Shown here: positions 8,694 to 16,395 of the stretch, one piece after another
Layout of the letters: each line of letters starts with the position of its first letter
Position numbering within the stretch: position 1 is the stretch's first letter
DNA from: Steroidobacteraceae bacterium
GTDB lineage: Bacteria > Pseudomonadota > Gammaproteobacteria > Steroidobacterales > Steroidobacteraceae
Reading direction: 5' to 3'
Assembly: GCA_035604655.1 (NCBI GenBank)
Contig: DATNHZ010000051.1
Span: forward strand, 1-43,763
DNA length: 43,763 bases
Made by a program: the position numbers and the translations under genes
Notes under the pieces: model-generated
What the model was told of the DNA's origin: nothing
What the model saw: the letters and a program-made list of their open reading frames with translations, nothing else
The model's database searches: none

Positions 8694-8889
8694 GGCACGC
8701 GGGCTGCGGCTGCGTGCCGGGCGCCAACCTGTTCGGGCCCGCGCCGGGGCCGCGACGGCGCGACACACGCTGCGGTCGGATCGGCAACGAGCAGCGCGCG
8801 CTTGGCCGGCACGGGTACCCCCGCGTTCCGTGAAGGGAACGGCAAGCGGCGAGTGTAGCGCACGCCTCCGCGCGCGGCAGTATCGCGAG

Positions 8890-9783
8890 CTAGGCCATGC
8901 GGGCCGCGAGCAGCATGCCGCGGGCTACGTCGACGACACCGCCGCCGACACGTACCTCGATGCCGTGCGAGGTCCGCATTGCGCGCAGGTGCAGCGTCGA
9001 CGGGCGACCAATGCTGACGCCCTGCTCGACGCGGATATCGATCGGGTCGTCGTCGAAGTACCGGTGCTGCACGAGCCAGGACGCGAGGCAGCCATTGCCG
9101 CTGCCGGTCGCCGCGTCCTCCGGCACGCCGTCGTAGTCGACGAACACTCGCGCGGTCAGCTGGTGGCCAGCGCCGCGGGCGCCGGGCGCGAAGGCGATCA
9201 CCGACTTGGCATCGAGACCGCCGACCAGGCTCCGTAGCCCCTCGCGATCGACCCGAATGCGCTCCAGTGCACGCCGTGTGCGGACCGGCACGACCAGATG
9301 CGGAAGTCCGGTCGAGACCTCCTCGATCGGCTGACTGTCGAGATCGGTCGGCGACAGGCCCAGCACGGGAGCGACGAGCTTGCGGGGCAGGCGCCGGCCG
9401 AAGCTCGGGTGGCGCTGGCGCATCCAGTACAGCTCGCCCTCGCGGTTGCGCTCGACGAACACCGGCGTCCGCCCCACCTCCAGCGCCAGCGTCACCCGGT
9501 CGGTACGGCCGCCCAGCAGCACATGCCGGATCACGTGCGCCGTGCCGAGGGTCGGGTGGCCGGCGAAGGGCAGCTCCTCCTGGGGCGTGAAGATCCGTAC
9601 CGGCCAGCCGCCCGCGAGCTGCTCCTCGGCCATCACGAAGGAAGTCTCGGAGAAGTTCATCTCGCGGGCGAACGCCTGCATCTGCCGCGCCGAGAGCCCC
9701 TTGGCTCCGGTGACGACGGCGAGTTGGTTGCCGGCGCACGGGCGGTCGGTGAACACGTCGACGAGATGCAGGCTGCGGGTCAT
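8890..9783 (-). CDS. PhzF family isomerase
   Basis: Internal start MTRSLHLVDVFTDRPCAGNQLAVV..., then MNFSETSF, FAGHPTLGTA and EDAATGSGNGCLASWL, which are typical PhzF motifs. Confidence 0.85.
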   Translation of the reverse strand: MTRSLHLVDVFTDRPCAGNQLAVVTGAKGLSARQMQAFAREMNFSETSFVMAEEQLAGGWPVRIFTPQEELPFAGHPTLGTAHVIRHVLLGGRTDRVTLALEVGRTPVFVERNREGELYWMRQRHPSFGRRLPRKLVAPVLGLSPTDLDSQPIEEVSTGLPHLVVPVRTRRALERIRVDREGLRSLVGGLDAKSVIAFAPGARGAGHQLTARVFVDYDGVPEDAATGSGNGCLASWLVQHRYFDDDPIDIRVEQGVSIGRPSTLHLRAMRTSHGIEVRVGGGVVDVARGMLLAARMA

Positions 9784-9961
9784 GCCGAATCCTCTGACGG
9801 AGTGCGCCTTTCTAGCCCTTTTCGGGGCCCGCGAGCCGCGAACCAGCTCGCGGTTTGCGACCGGCGCGCCGCGCCCGCCGGCGACGGAAGCAGAGCCACG
9901 TCGCACGACTGCAGGCGGGGCGCAGATTGCAGCTGGAGTCGACGCGCCGGTGCGCGGGCCG

Positions 9962-10648
9962 TCACCCCGTCGTACCGGTCACGGGCGCGACCAATTCGGC
10001 GCCCTCGTTGCGCGGACTGTTGACACGGCGGCTAACCGGGTGCGCTCGGAGTGCGACGGCAGGCTCTCCCGTCAGCAGCGCCGCGAGCGCTGCCACGTCT
10101 TCATTGGCCGGATCGAGCCAGGCGGCGTAGGCCTCGGGCGCAATGATCGCCGGCATGCGTGCGTGAATCTCCTGCACGACGCCGCTGGACTCGCGGGTGA
10201 CGATCACGCAGGACTCGAGCGGCTCGCCGTCCTCAAGATCGCGCCATGTCTCCCACAGAGCCGCCATGCCGAACGGCAGGCCCGACGCCGCGTGGACGTA
10301 GTACGGTTGCTTGCCGCCGGTCACGGCACGCCACTCGTAATAGCCGTCGGCAAGGACCAGGCAGCGGCGGCGGCGGAACGCGCTGCGGAACGCCGGCTTC
10401 TCGAGCAGCGTCGCGCCGCGCGCATTGATCATCCGCTGCCCGATTGCGCGGTCCTTGGCCCACGACGGCACGAGCCCCCAGTGAAGGCTCACCAGTTCGC
10501 GCCGGCCGTCGCTGGCGATGCGCACCGCGGGAACATCGGCGGTCGGCGCGATATTCCAGCGCGGCGCGATTTCCGGCGCCTCGCGCGGAAGCGCGAACAG
10601 CTGCACGACCGTCTCGTGTGGGGAGTGAAAGGCAAACCGTCCGCACAT
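9962..10648 (-). CDS. SOS response-associated peptidase (SRAP/YedK family, abasic-site DNA-protein crosslink enzyme)
   Basis: N-terminal MCGRF with catalytic Cys2, then WNIAPT, LHWGLVPSWAKD, INARGATL and ADGYYEW motifs. Confidence 0.9.
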   Translation of the reverse strand: MCGRFAFHSPHETVVQLFALPREAPEIAPRWNIAPTADVPAVRIASDGRRELVSLHWGLVPSWAKDRAIGQRMINARGATLLEKPAFRSAFRRRRCLVLADGYYEWRAVTGGKQPYYVHAASGLPFGMAALWETWRDLEDGEPLESCVIVTRESSGVVQEIHARMPAIIAPEAYAAWLDPANEDVAALAALLTGEPAVALRAHPVSRRVNSPRNEGAELVAPVTGTTG

Positions 10649-10671
10649 TGAGTCGACTCCGGCGCTACGTG

Positions 10672-11466
10672 CTACTCGCGGATGCCAACGCCCTTGTGCA
10701 TCAGCCCCACCGCGAGCGCGTACAACATCACCGCGAACACGATCATGATCACAAACGCGAGCCGCACGTCGACGTCCGACACGCCGAGGAACCCGAAGCG
10801 AAAACCGTTCACCATGTACAGGATCGGGTTCGCCTGTGAAATCGCCCGGGCCCAGTCCGGCAGTAGTGCGATCGAGTAGAAGACCCCACCGAGATAGGTC
10901 AATGGGTTGAGGATGAAGGTCGGGAACCAGGAGATGTGGTCGAAGTTCTTGGCGAACACGGCATTGATGAAGCCGCCGAGCGCGAATACGACCGAGGTCA
11001 GCAGTACCGCCGCCGCGACCACTGCCCAGTGCTGCACGTGCAGATGGGTAAAGAACAGTGCGACCACCGTGACCACCATCCCGACCAGCAGCCCGCGCAC
11101 TACGCCGCCCGCGATGTAGCCCGCGACGATCAGCCAGTTCGGCAGTGGCGACACCAGGATTTCCTCGATGTGCTTGCCGAAGCGCGCGCCGAAGAAGCTC
11201 GACACGACGTTGCCGTAGGAGTTGGTGATCACCGACATCAGGATCTGGCCTGGCGCGATGTACTGCATGTAGTCGTAGCCACCCATCTTGCCGATGCGCG
11301 AGCCGATCAGGCTGCCGAAGATGATGAAGTACAGGGTCGCCGTGACCCCTGGCGGCACCAGCGTCTGGCCCCAGATCCGGACGATGCGCCCGAACTCGCG
11401 CAGCACGATCGTCCGAAAGCCAATCCAGTCGGTCCGCGCCCGCGATGGCACAGCGTCGGCGTTCAT
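10672..11466 (-). CDS. ABC-2 type transporter permease (YadH-like)
   Basis: 264 aa with six hydrophobic segments and an ABC-2 pattern (YMQYIAPGQILMSV...NPILYMVNGFRFGFLG). Overlaps the upstream ATPase gene by 4 bp. Confidence 0.85.
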   Translation of the reverse strand: MNADAVPSRARTDWIGFRTIVLREFGRIVRIWGQTLVPPGVTATLYFIIFGSLIGSRIGKMGGYDYMQYIAPGQILMSVITNSYGNVVSSFFGARFGKHIEEILVSPLPNWLIVAGYIAGGVVRGLLVGMVVTVVALFFTHLHVQHWAVVAAAVLLTSVVFALGGFINAVFAKNFDHISWFPTFILNPLTYLGGVFYSIALLPDWARAISQANPILYMVNGFRFGFLGVSDVDVRLAFVIMIVFAVMLYALAVGLMHKGVGIRE

Positions 11467-12428
11467 CGGGGGCCTGTGGTCAGCTTGGCCGCGGCCGGCT
11501 CGCCGGGGACGCTCGAGTTCGCGGCGCGCACCAGGCGCATGAACAGCTCCTCCAGCCGATTGACTTTGTTGCGCATCGAAACGACATCGATGCCCTGGGC
11601 CGCGAGGCGCACGAAGATGTCGTTCAGATTGCGGTCCTTCGACGCCTCGACCTCAAGCGTGCGGTCGTCGATCAGCGTCACCGCGAAGCCGGGCAGGCTG
11701 GGTGTCGAGGCGACCGCCTCGCGCAGGTTAAGCACGAAAGTCTCGGATTGCAGCTTGCGCAGGACGTTGCTGATGCGGTCGTTCTCGATGATCCTGCCCT
11801 TGTCGATGATCGCGACGTTGCGGCACAGGTTCTCGGCTTCTTCCAGGTAGTGCGTCGTCAGGATGATCGTGACCCCGCGCTCGTTCGTTTCGCGCAGGAA
11901 CTGCCACATCGTGCGCCGGATCTCGATATCGACGCCAGCGGTAGGCTCGTCGAGGATCAGCAGCCGCGGCTCGTGCACGAGCGCGCGCGCGATCATCAGC
12001 CGCCGTTTCATGCCGCCGGACAGGGTGCGCGCGGTTGCCTTGCGTCGGTCCCACAGCTGCAGCTGCTTGAGGTACGTCTCGGCGCGCTCGCGCGCCAGGC
12101 GGCGCGGCAGACCGTAGAAGCCGCCCTGGTTGATCAGAATGGTCTCCACCGGCTCGAACTGGTTGAAGTTGATCTCCTGCGGCACGATGCCGATGCACGC
12201 CTTCGCGAGGCCGATCTCCCGATCGATGTCGTAGCCGAAGACGCGCACCGAGCCGCCGCTCTTGTTGACCAGCGAGGTGATGATGCCGATCGTGGTGGTT
12301 TTCCCCGCGCCGTTCGGCCCGAGCAGCGCAAAGAAATCGCCTTGCGCGACGTCGAGGTTGATTCCCTTGAGCGCCTGTACGCCGTTGCGGTAGGTCTTGG
12401 TGAGATTGCTGATCGACAGCGCTTGCAT
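11463..12428 (-). CDS. ABC transporter ATP-binding protein (YadG-like)
   Basis: Start at MQALSISNLTKTY. Walker A GPNGAGKTT, signature LSGGMKRRL, Walker B LLILDEPTAGVD. Confidence 0.9.
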   Translation of the reverse strand: MQALSISNLTKTYRNGVQALKGINLDVAQGDFFALLGPNGAGKTTTIGIITSLVNKSGGSVRVFGYDIDREIGLAKACIGIVPQEINFNQFEPVETILINQGGFYGLPRRLARERAETYLKQLQLWDRRKATARTLSGGMKRRLMIARALVHEPRLLILDEPTAGVDIEIRRTMWQFLRETNERGVTIILTTHYLEEAENLCRNVAIIDKGRIIENDRISNVLRKLQSETFVLNLREAVASTPSLPGFAVTLIDDRTLEVEASKDRNLNDIFVRLAAQGIDVVSMRNKVNRLEELFMRLVRAANSSVPGEPAAAKLTTGPR

Positions 12429-12517
12429 TGCGTACGGACGAAGGCGCGGCGGGCTGCCGGCCACCGGCAGCGAGCCCGCAGCGTAAGACCCCGCGCCGCG
12501 CGCGGCAACTCTGCGCG

Positions 12518-13186
12518 CTAGGCGCCGGTGAGCGAACCCGCCGGGCGCGGCACCCGCAGCCGCAGTCCGTCGGCCGCGAGCAGCTGCAATCCAAGGAGGC
12601 GGACCGCCACCGCGCGATCGGCAGCGGCCGGCACCGCAGTGTCAATCAGCCGCGGCCAGAATGTCGCATGCCGTCCCCAGCGCGCCTGCGCCTGCGGCAG
12701 CGCCGCCATCGCCACGTGGTCGATCGCCGACAGCGGGATGCCGCGCCACGCACACTTCACCTCAGCCGTCATGCCGAGCACCAGGGCCGCCGCCAGATCC
12801 TTGCTCTGCGCCAGATGCCAGGCCAGAAACACCGCCGTGCGCGCGAAACAGGCATCGTCCGTCGCAGTGCCAGGCGTGCGCCGGGCAGCGTCGCCCGCGA
12901 GCCGGCGCCAGAATGCTGCGTCCTTGAAGCGCAGATCGAAGAGCGTGTACGGACACAGTGCCACGGCAATGCGCGCCGGCGCAGCCAGGGCTTCGATCCG
13001 GGCCACCGTCTCGGGCGCGAGGCCGAATGCGCCGCGTGCAGGCTCCGCCGCGTGGCGGTCTGCGACCAGATCAAGGAACAAGCGGTTGGCCTCGCCGATC
13101 GATGCGAGCGCGCTTTGATCGAGGATGGCGCGGGCCGCGTAGGGACCGTCGGGGGCCTCGCGCACACGGTTCGCTGACTCAACCAT
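12518..13186 (-). CDS. Hypothetical protein with two tandem FlhD-like segments (candidate partner of the divergent FlhC-like regulator)
   Basis: The real gene is the last 222 codons of a 514-aa ORF, starting at ATG 13186 preceded by AGGAGGGGG. Residues ~30-90 (ANRLFLDLVADRHAAEPARGAFGLAPETVARIEALAAPARIAVALCPYTLFDLRF) parallel E. coli FlhD ([57 protein letters not shown], recalled from memory). A second copy of the pattern sits at ~115-185 (VFLAWHLAQSKDLAAALVLGMTAEVKCAWRGIPLSAIDHVA...ARW...FWPRL). Confidence 0.6.
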   Translation of the reverse strand: MVESANRVREAPDGPYAARAILDQSALASIGEANRLFLDLVADRHAAEPARGAFGLAPETVARIEALAAPARIAVALCPYTLFDLRFKDAAFWRRLAGDAARRTPGTATDDACFARTAVFLAWHLAQSKDLAAALVLGMTAEVKCAWRGIPLSAIDHVAMAALPQAQARWGRHATFWPRLIDTAVPAAADRAVAVRLLGLQLLAADGLRLRVPRPAGSLTGA

Positions 13187-13299
13187 TGCATCCCCCTCCT
13201 GCAGCTCGGGTGTCCGGCCGCGCGCCGCGTGGCGGCGGCCTTTCTTGGTAATGCGCGAAGATATTCTGGCTAGCGCTCTCCCATGGGTGAGAGTACAGT

Positions 13300-13321
13300 T
13301 TTTGGTGCATTGATACCAAAA
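13300..13321. promoter_or_regulatory. Perfect inverted repeat TTTTGGT-N8-ACCAAAA in an AT-rich divergent promoter region
   Basis: TTTTGGT (13300-13306), gcattgat, ACCAAAA (13315-13321). It lies in the only strongly AT-rich stretch between the divergent genes at 13186 and 13364. A second imperfect dyad, CTCTC-ccatgggt-GAGAG, lies just upstream (13276-13293). Confidence 0.4.
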
Positions 13322-13363
13322 TATATTTCGAATGAAACCAATTAAAGACGGGAACTCATAGAC

Positions 13364-14011
13364 ATGCGAATCACAGACGATCGTTACACGCGCGACCGCC
13401 AACGGTTCGATCTCGCATTCAGGATGATCCACCACGAGGCACGGACCTGTACGATCCGCATCTGGACCGGGCTCAGCGACGATCGCATCCGCAAGCTGTA
13501 CCGGACTTACGTCGAGAGTCACGGCTCGGGCGTCAAACGCCACCGCGGCAAGTCGCCGACGCAAACGACCTTCTTCCTTCGCAACCGCGAGACCCGCCGC
13601 CACGCCTCGGCGCTTGGCGGGCTGTTTGCAACGCTCGGCCTGTTGCACGACGCGCCCGACCGCGGACCCGGCGGCTCGCTCGGCGGATTGCGCTGGGGCG
13701 AACTGTTCTGCCTCACCTATGAGACCTACGTGGCCTTCTACCAGCCGCACCGCATCTCGTTCGAGCACGCCTGGCACCTGCTGCGATTGCTGGAACGCGA
13801 GGCAGAGCTGAAGACCGGTACCTGCCCGACATGCGATGGCTTCATGGTCGTCGACGTGCTCAGGACCCCGGGTGCCGTCTGCACCTGGTGCGAGAGCGAG
13901 GCCCGCGCGCCGGCGGCGGCCGGCGCTCGCCGCCCTGCGCGTTTCATCCCGCTGGCCGCGCGCCGCGCCATGTCGCTGCGGAGCAGGGCCCTGGCTGCGG
14001 CGGCCGGGTAG
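13364..14011 (+). CDS. FlhC-like zinc-ribbon transcriptional regulator
   Basis: LSDDRIRKLYRTY...RGKSPTQTTFFLRNRETRRHASALGGLF parallels E. coli FlhC LSRGRLIKLYKEL...[23 protein letters not shown] (from memory). The C-terminal CPTC-x16-CTWC matches the FlhC CxxC...CxxC zinc site. Confidence 0.6.
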   Translation: MRITDDRYTRDRQRFDLAFRMIHHEARTCTIRIWTGLSDDRIRKLYRTYVESHGSGVKRHRGKSPTQTTFFLRNRETRRHASALGGLFATLGLLHDAPDRGPGGSLGGLRWGELFCLTYETYVAFYQPHRISFEHAWHLLRLLEREAELKTGTCPTCDGFMVVDVLRTPGAVCTWCESEARAPAAAGARRPARFIPLAARRAMSLRSRALAAAAG

Positions 14012-14039
14012 AATAACGGCGCGGCACCCCCGCGCCCCG

Positions 14040-14987
14040 ATGCCAGCGCGCCACCCCTCCAACGTGTTCGCCGGACCCTACGCTGACCGCGCGAGCGGCA
14101 TGCGCAAGGACGCCGCCTCGCTGGACGCTGCGCTCAGCGCTCTGGAGTCGCGCTTCGTGCCGGTGTGGCGCACGCAGAACCTGATCCGTCGTGGCCCGAC
14201 CGCGGCCGCGGTGCTGCTGCCCCGCACGGCGCTTCCGGAACTGGATGCGCGCGAGGCGATCCTGCTCGGGCGCTTCCAGGGTACAACCACTTTTGCCGTC
14301 GAGCTCACGGCCGAGGCACCCACGTTCCCCGAACTCCAGGCGGAATTCACCGACCTGCGGCTCGCCGGCGGATCGCTGCCGCCCGACGAGGCGGGGCTGC
14401 TGGCGTACGCGCGCGCGATGGTGTGGTGGCGCCACCGTCACCGGCACTGCGGCGTCTGTGGCGCACCGACCGTCGCATCGGATGCGGGCCACGTGATGAC
14501 CTGCACACGGCCCGGATGCGCCACCGAGTTCTTCCCACGCATCGATCCGGCGATCATCGTACTGGTCACGGACGGCGAGCGTGCGCTGCTCGGCCGCCAG
14601 GCCGCCTGGCCGAGTGGACGCTATTCGACGATCGCCGGCTTCGTGGAGCCAGGGGAAAGTCTCGAGGACGCCGTGGTACGCGAAGTGCGCGAGGAGACGG
14701 CCGTTGAAGTGCTCGACGTCGAGTACCAGTCGTCCCAGCCGTGGCCGTTCCCCTCGTCGCTGATGGTGGGCTTTCTCGCGCGTGCGCGGGACACGAGCGT
14801 CGCCTGTCCAGACGGTGAGCTGGAGGATGCACGCTGGTTCACGCGCGCGCAGATCGCCAGCGGCACGCCGAAGCTGCCGCCACCGCAATCGATTTCGTTC
14901 CGCCTGATTGCCGAGTGGTACGAGAAGGGGACCGGGCGCCGGCTCATCGACGAGCCCGGTGCGGCACTGTGGTCGCAGCGACGCTAG
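14040..14987 (+). CDS. nudC: NAD(+) diphosphatase / NADH pyrophosphatase NudC
   Basis: Internal start MPARHPSNVF. Zinc ribbon CGVCGAPT...CTRPGC, Nudix box GFVEPGESLEDAVVREVREETAV, and the NudC signature SQPWPFPSS. Confidence 0.9.
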   Translation: MPARHPSNVFAGPYADRASGMRKDAASLDAALSALESRFVPVWRTQNLIRRGPTAAAVLLPRTALPELDAREAILLGRFQGTTTFAVELTAEAPTFPELQAEFTDLRLAGGSLPPDEAGLLAYARAMVWWRHRHRHCGVCGAPTVASDAGHVMTCTRPGCATEFFPRIDPAIIVLVTDGERALLGRQAAWPSGRYSTIAGFVEPGESLEDAVVREVREETAVEVLDVEYQSSQPWPFPSSLMVGFLARARDTSVACPDGELEDARWFTRAQIASGTPKLPPPQSISFRLIAEWYEKGTGRRLIDEPGAALWSQRR

Positions 14988-15070
14988 CGGGTCACCGCGG
15001 CAGCGGCCGGTATCGATACGGTGGTCGGCGACCGGCTGATCCGGGCGCCGGCAGAGGCTAGGATGGCCGC

Positions 15071-15853
15071 ATGTGTCTGGTGGTCCTCGCCTGGAACGCG
15101 GTGCGCGGTCAGCGGCTGGTACTCGTCGGAAACCGCGACGAGCTGCACGCCCGGCCGACGGCACCGATGGGCTGGTGGCGGGCGCCGCGCCTGCTTGCCG
15201 GCCGCGATCTCAGCGCCGGCGGCACCTGGCTCGGCGTCGACGGCCGCGGCCGCTTCGGCGTCATCACCAACTTCCGCGGCGGTGCGGCACCGCCACCGGC
15301 GCCGCCGTCGCGCGGTACGCTGATCCCGCGCTACCTCGCCGGCGAGCTCGCGCCGGCCGCGTTCCTCGGCGCGCTCGCCGCCGAGGCTCATCGCTATGCA
15401 GGATTCAGCCTGCTGGTCGCCGACGAGCGCGAGCTCGGCTACTTCTGCAACCGCGCCGCCGGGCCGCCGCAACTGCTGCCGGCCGGCATCTACGGTCTGA
15501 GCAATGCGACGCTCGACGCGCCGTGGCCGAAGCTGGTCAACCGCCGCGCGGCGCTCGCCGCGCACCTCGGGACTGCGCCGTTGCGGGCCGCGGAGCTCCT
15601 CGACCTGCTCGCCGATCGTGCGCCCGCGGCCGATGCGGATCTGCCGGATACCGGCGTCGGGCTCGCGGCCGAGCGCCGGCTGTCTGCTGCGTTCATCCTC
15701 GGGCCGGAGTACGGGACGCGTTCGACCACGGCGCTGGTGCTCGGTGTGGACGGCCGTGGCGCGGTCTTCGAGCGCAGCTATGCGGCCGACGGCGCCGCGA
15801 CCGGGCTGCGGCGGTTTCGGCTCGCGAGCCCCGCGGTCGCGGATTGCGGCTGA
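15071..15853 (+). CDS. NRDE family protein (TANGO2/DUF833-like)
   Basis: MCLVVLAW N-terminus with Cys2, the eponymous GNRDE motif, then GGTWLGV and GVITNFR. Confidence 0.85.
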   Translation: MCLVVLAWNAVRGQRLVLVGNRDELHARPTAPMGWWRAPRLLAGRDLSAGGTWLGVDGRGRFGVITNFRGGAAPPPAPPSRGTLIPRYLAGELAPAAFLGALAAEAHRYAGFSLLVADERELGYFCNRAAGPPQLLPAGIYGLSNATLDAPWPKLVNRRAALAAHLGTAPLRAAELLDLLADRAPAADADLPDTGVGLAAERRLSAAFILGPEYGTRSTTALVLGVDGRGAVFERSYAADGAATGLRRFRLASPAVADCG

Positions 15854-15886
15854 GGCGGCCCGACGCGGCCCATAGGCTTGACGGCC

Positions 15887-15925
15887 TTCGCATAAATATG
15901 CATCATGCGTGCACTTTTATGCAGA
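15887..15925. promoter_or_regulatory. Tandem ARG-box-like operators (two 18-bp dyads separated by 3 bp) overlapping the argR start
   Basis: Box 1 is TTCGCATAAATATGCATC (15887-15904, core GCAT-AAAT-ATGC). Box 2 is CGTGCACTTTTATGCAGA (15908-15925, core TGCAC-TTTT-ATGCA). Centres are 21 bp apart, as in E. coli ARG operators (TGAAT-W4-ATTCA), with a symmetric A-to-C / T-to-G change in each half-site. A TTGACG -35-like hexamer sits at 15878-15883. Confidence 0.55.
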
Positions 15926-16386
15926 ACGAAGCGCAACACCACGGCGCGGCCGCACCGGAGGACCGGCGCGACGCGCTCCGGCGGATCATCCGCAGCGGCG
16001 AGGTCGGGCGGCAGGCCGAGCTCGTACGGCTGCTGAAGCGCGCCGGCTACGCCGTGACCCAGTCGAGCGTCAGCCGCGACCTGCGCGACCTCGGCGCCGC
16101 CAAGGTCGGCGACCGCTACGTGCTGGCCGAGGATGCTGCCGCACCGGTGGCGGGCCTCAAGGCAGTCGCGGCGTTCGTGCAGGACGTGAGCCCGTCCGGC
16201 CCCAACCTCACGGTCGTGCGTACTACGATCGGCTCCGCGCAGAGCGTGGCGCTCGCCATCGACCGGGCACGCTGGCCGGAGGTCGTCGGGACCTTGTCGG
16301 GCGACGACACGATCTTCATCGCCACCGCGACGCCGCGCGCCCAGCGCCTCGTCCTCGACCGCCTGCGCTCCCTCGAAAGCCGCTGA
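15919..16386 (+). CDS. argR: Arginine repressor ArgR
   Basis: Winged-helix segment QAELVRLLKRAGYAVTQSSVSRDLRDLG and C-terminal oligomerisation/arginine-binding segment GTLSGDDTIFIA. An alternative in-frame ATG at 15898 would add 7 codons. Confidence 0.85.
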   Translation: MQNEAQHHGAAAPEDRRDALRRIIRSGEVGRQAELVRLLKRAGYAVTQSSVSRDLRDLGAAKVGDRYVLAEDAAAPVAGLKAVAAFVQDVSPSGPNLTVVRTTIGSAQSVALAIDRARWPEVVGTLSGDDTIFIATATPRAQRLVLDRLRSLESR

Positions 16387-16395
16387 AGGCCGCCC

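Noticed and set aside
8693-8707. Sigma-54-like TGGCACG-N4-CTGC on the plus strand
   Set aside because: The -12 element is CTGC rather than TTGC. It overlaps the start codon of a minus-strand gene, and no plus-strand gene follows for kilobases.
12518-14062. Full 514-aa minus-strand ORF. Similar long N-terminal extensions occur at 4260..5612, 5670..6653, 8890..9906, 27235..28338, 27870..29486, 31337..32140, 33720..37331, 13836..14987, 15073..16386, 17528..19771 and 20270..21979
   Set aside because: The upstream portions overlap neighbouring genes or cross AT-rich promoter regions and are Arg-rich. Internal starts with SD sequences, signal peptides or 4-bp coupling overlaps give proteins of normal family length.
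15010-15019. Perfect 10-bp palindrome GTATCGATAC between nudC and the NRDE gene
   Set aside because: It is short, contains a ClaI-type ATCGAT core, has no flanking symmetry or second copy, and has no obvious cognate regulator. That is insufficient evidence for an operator.
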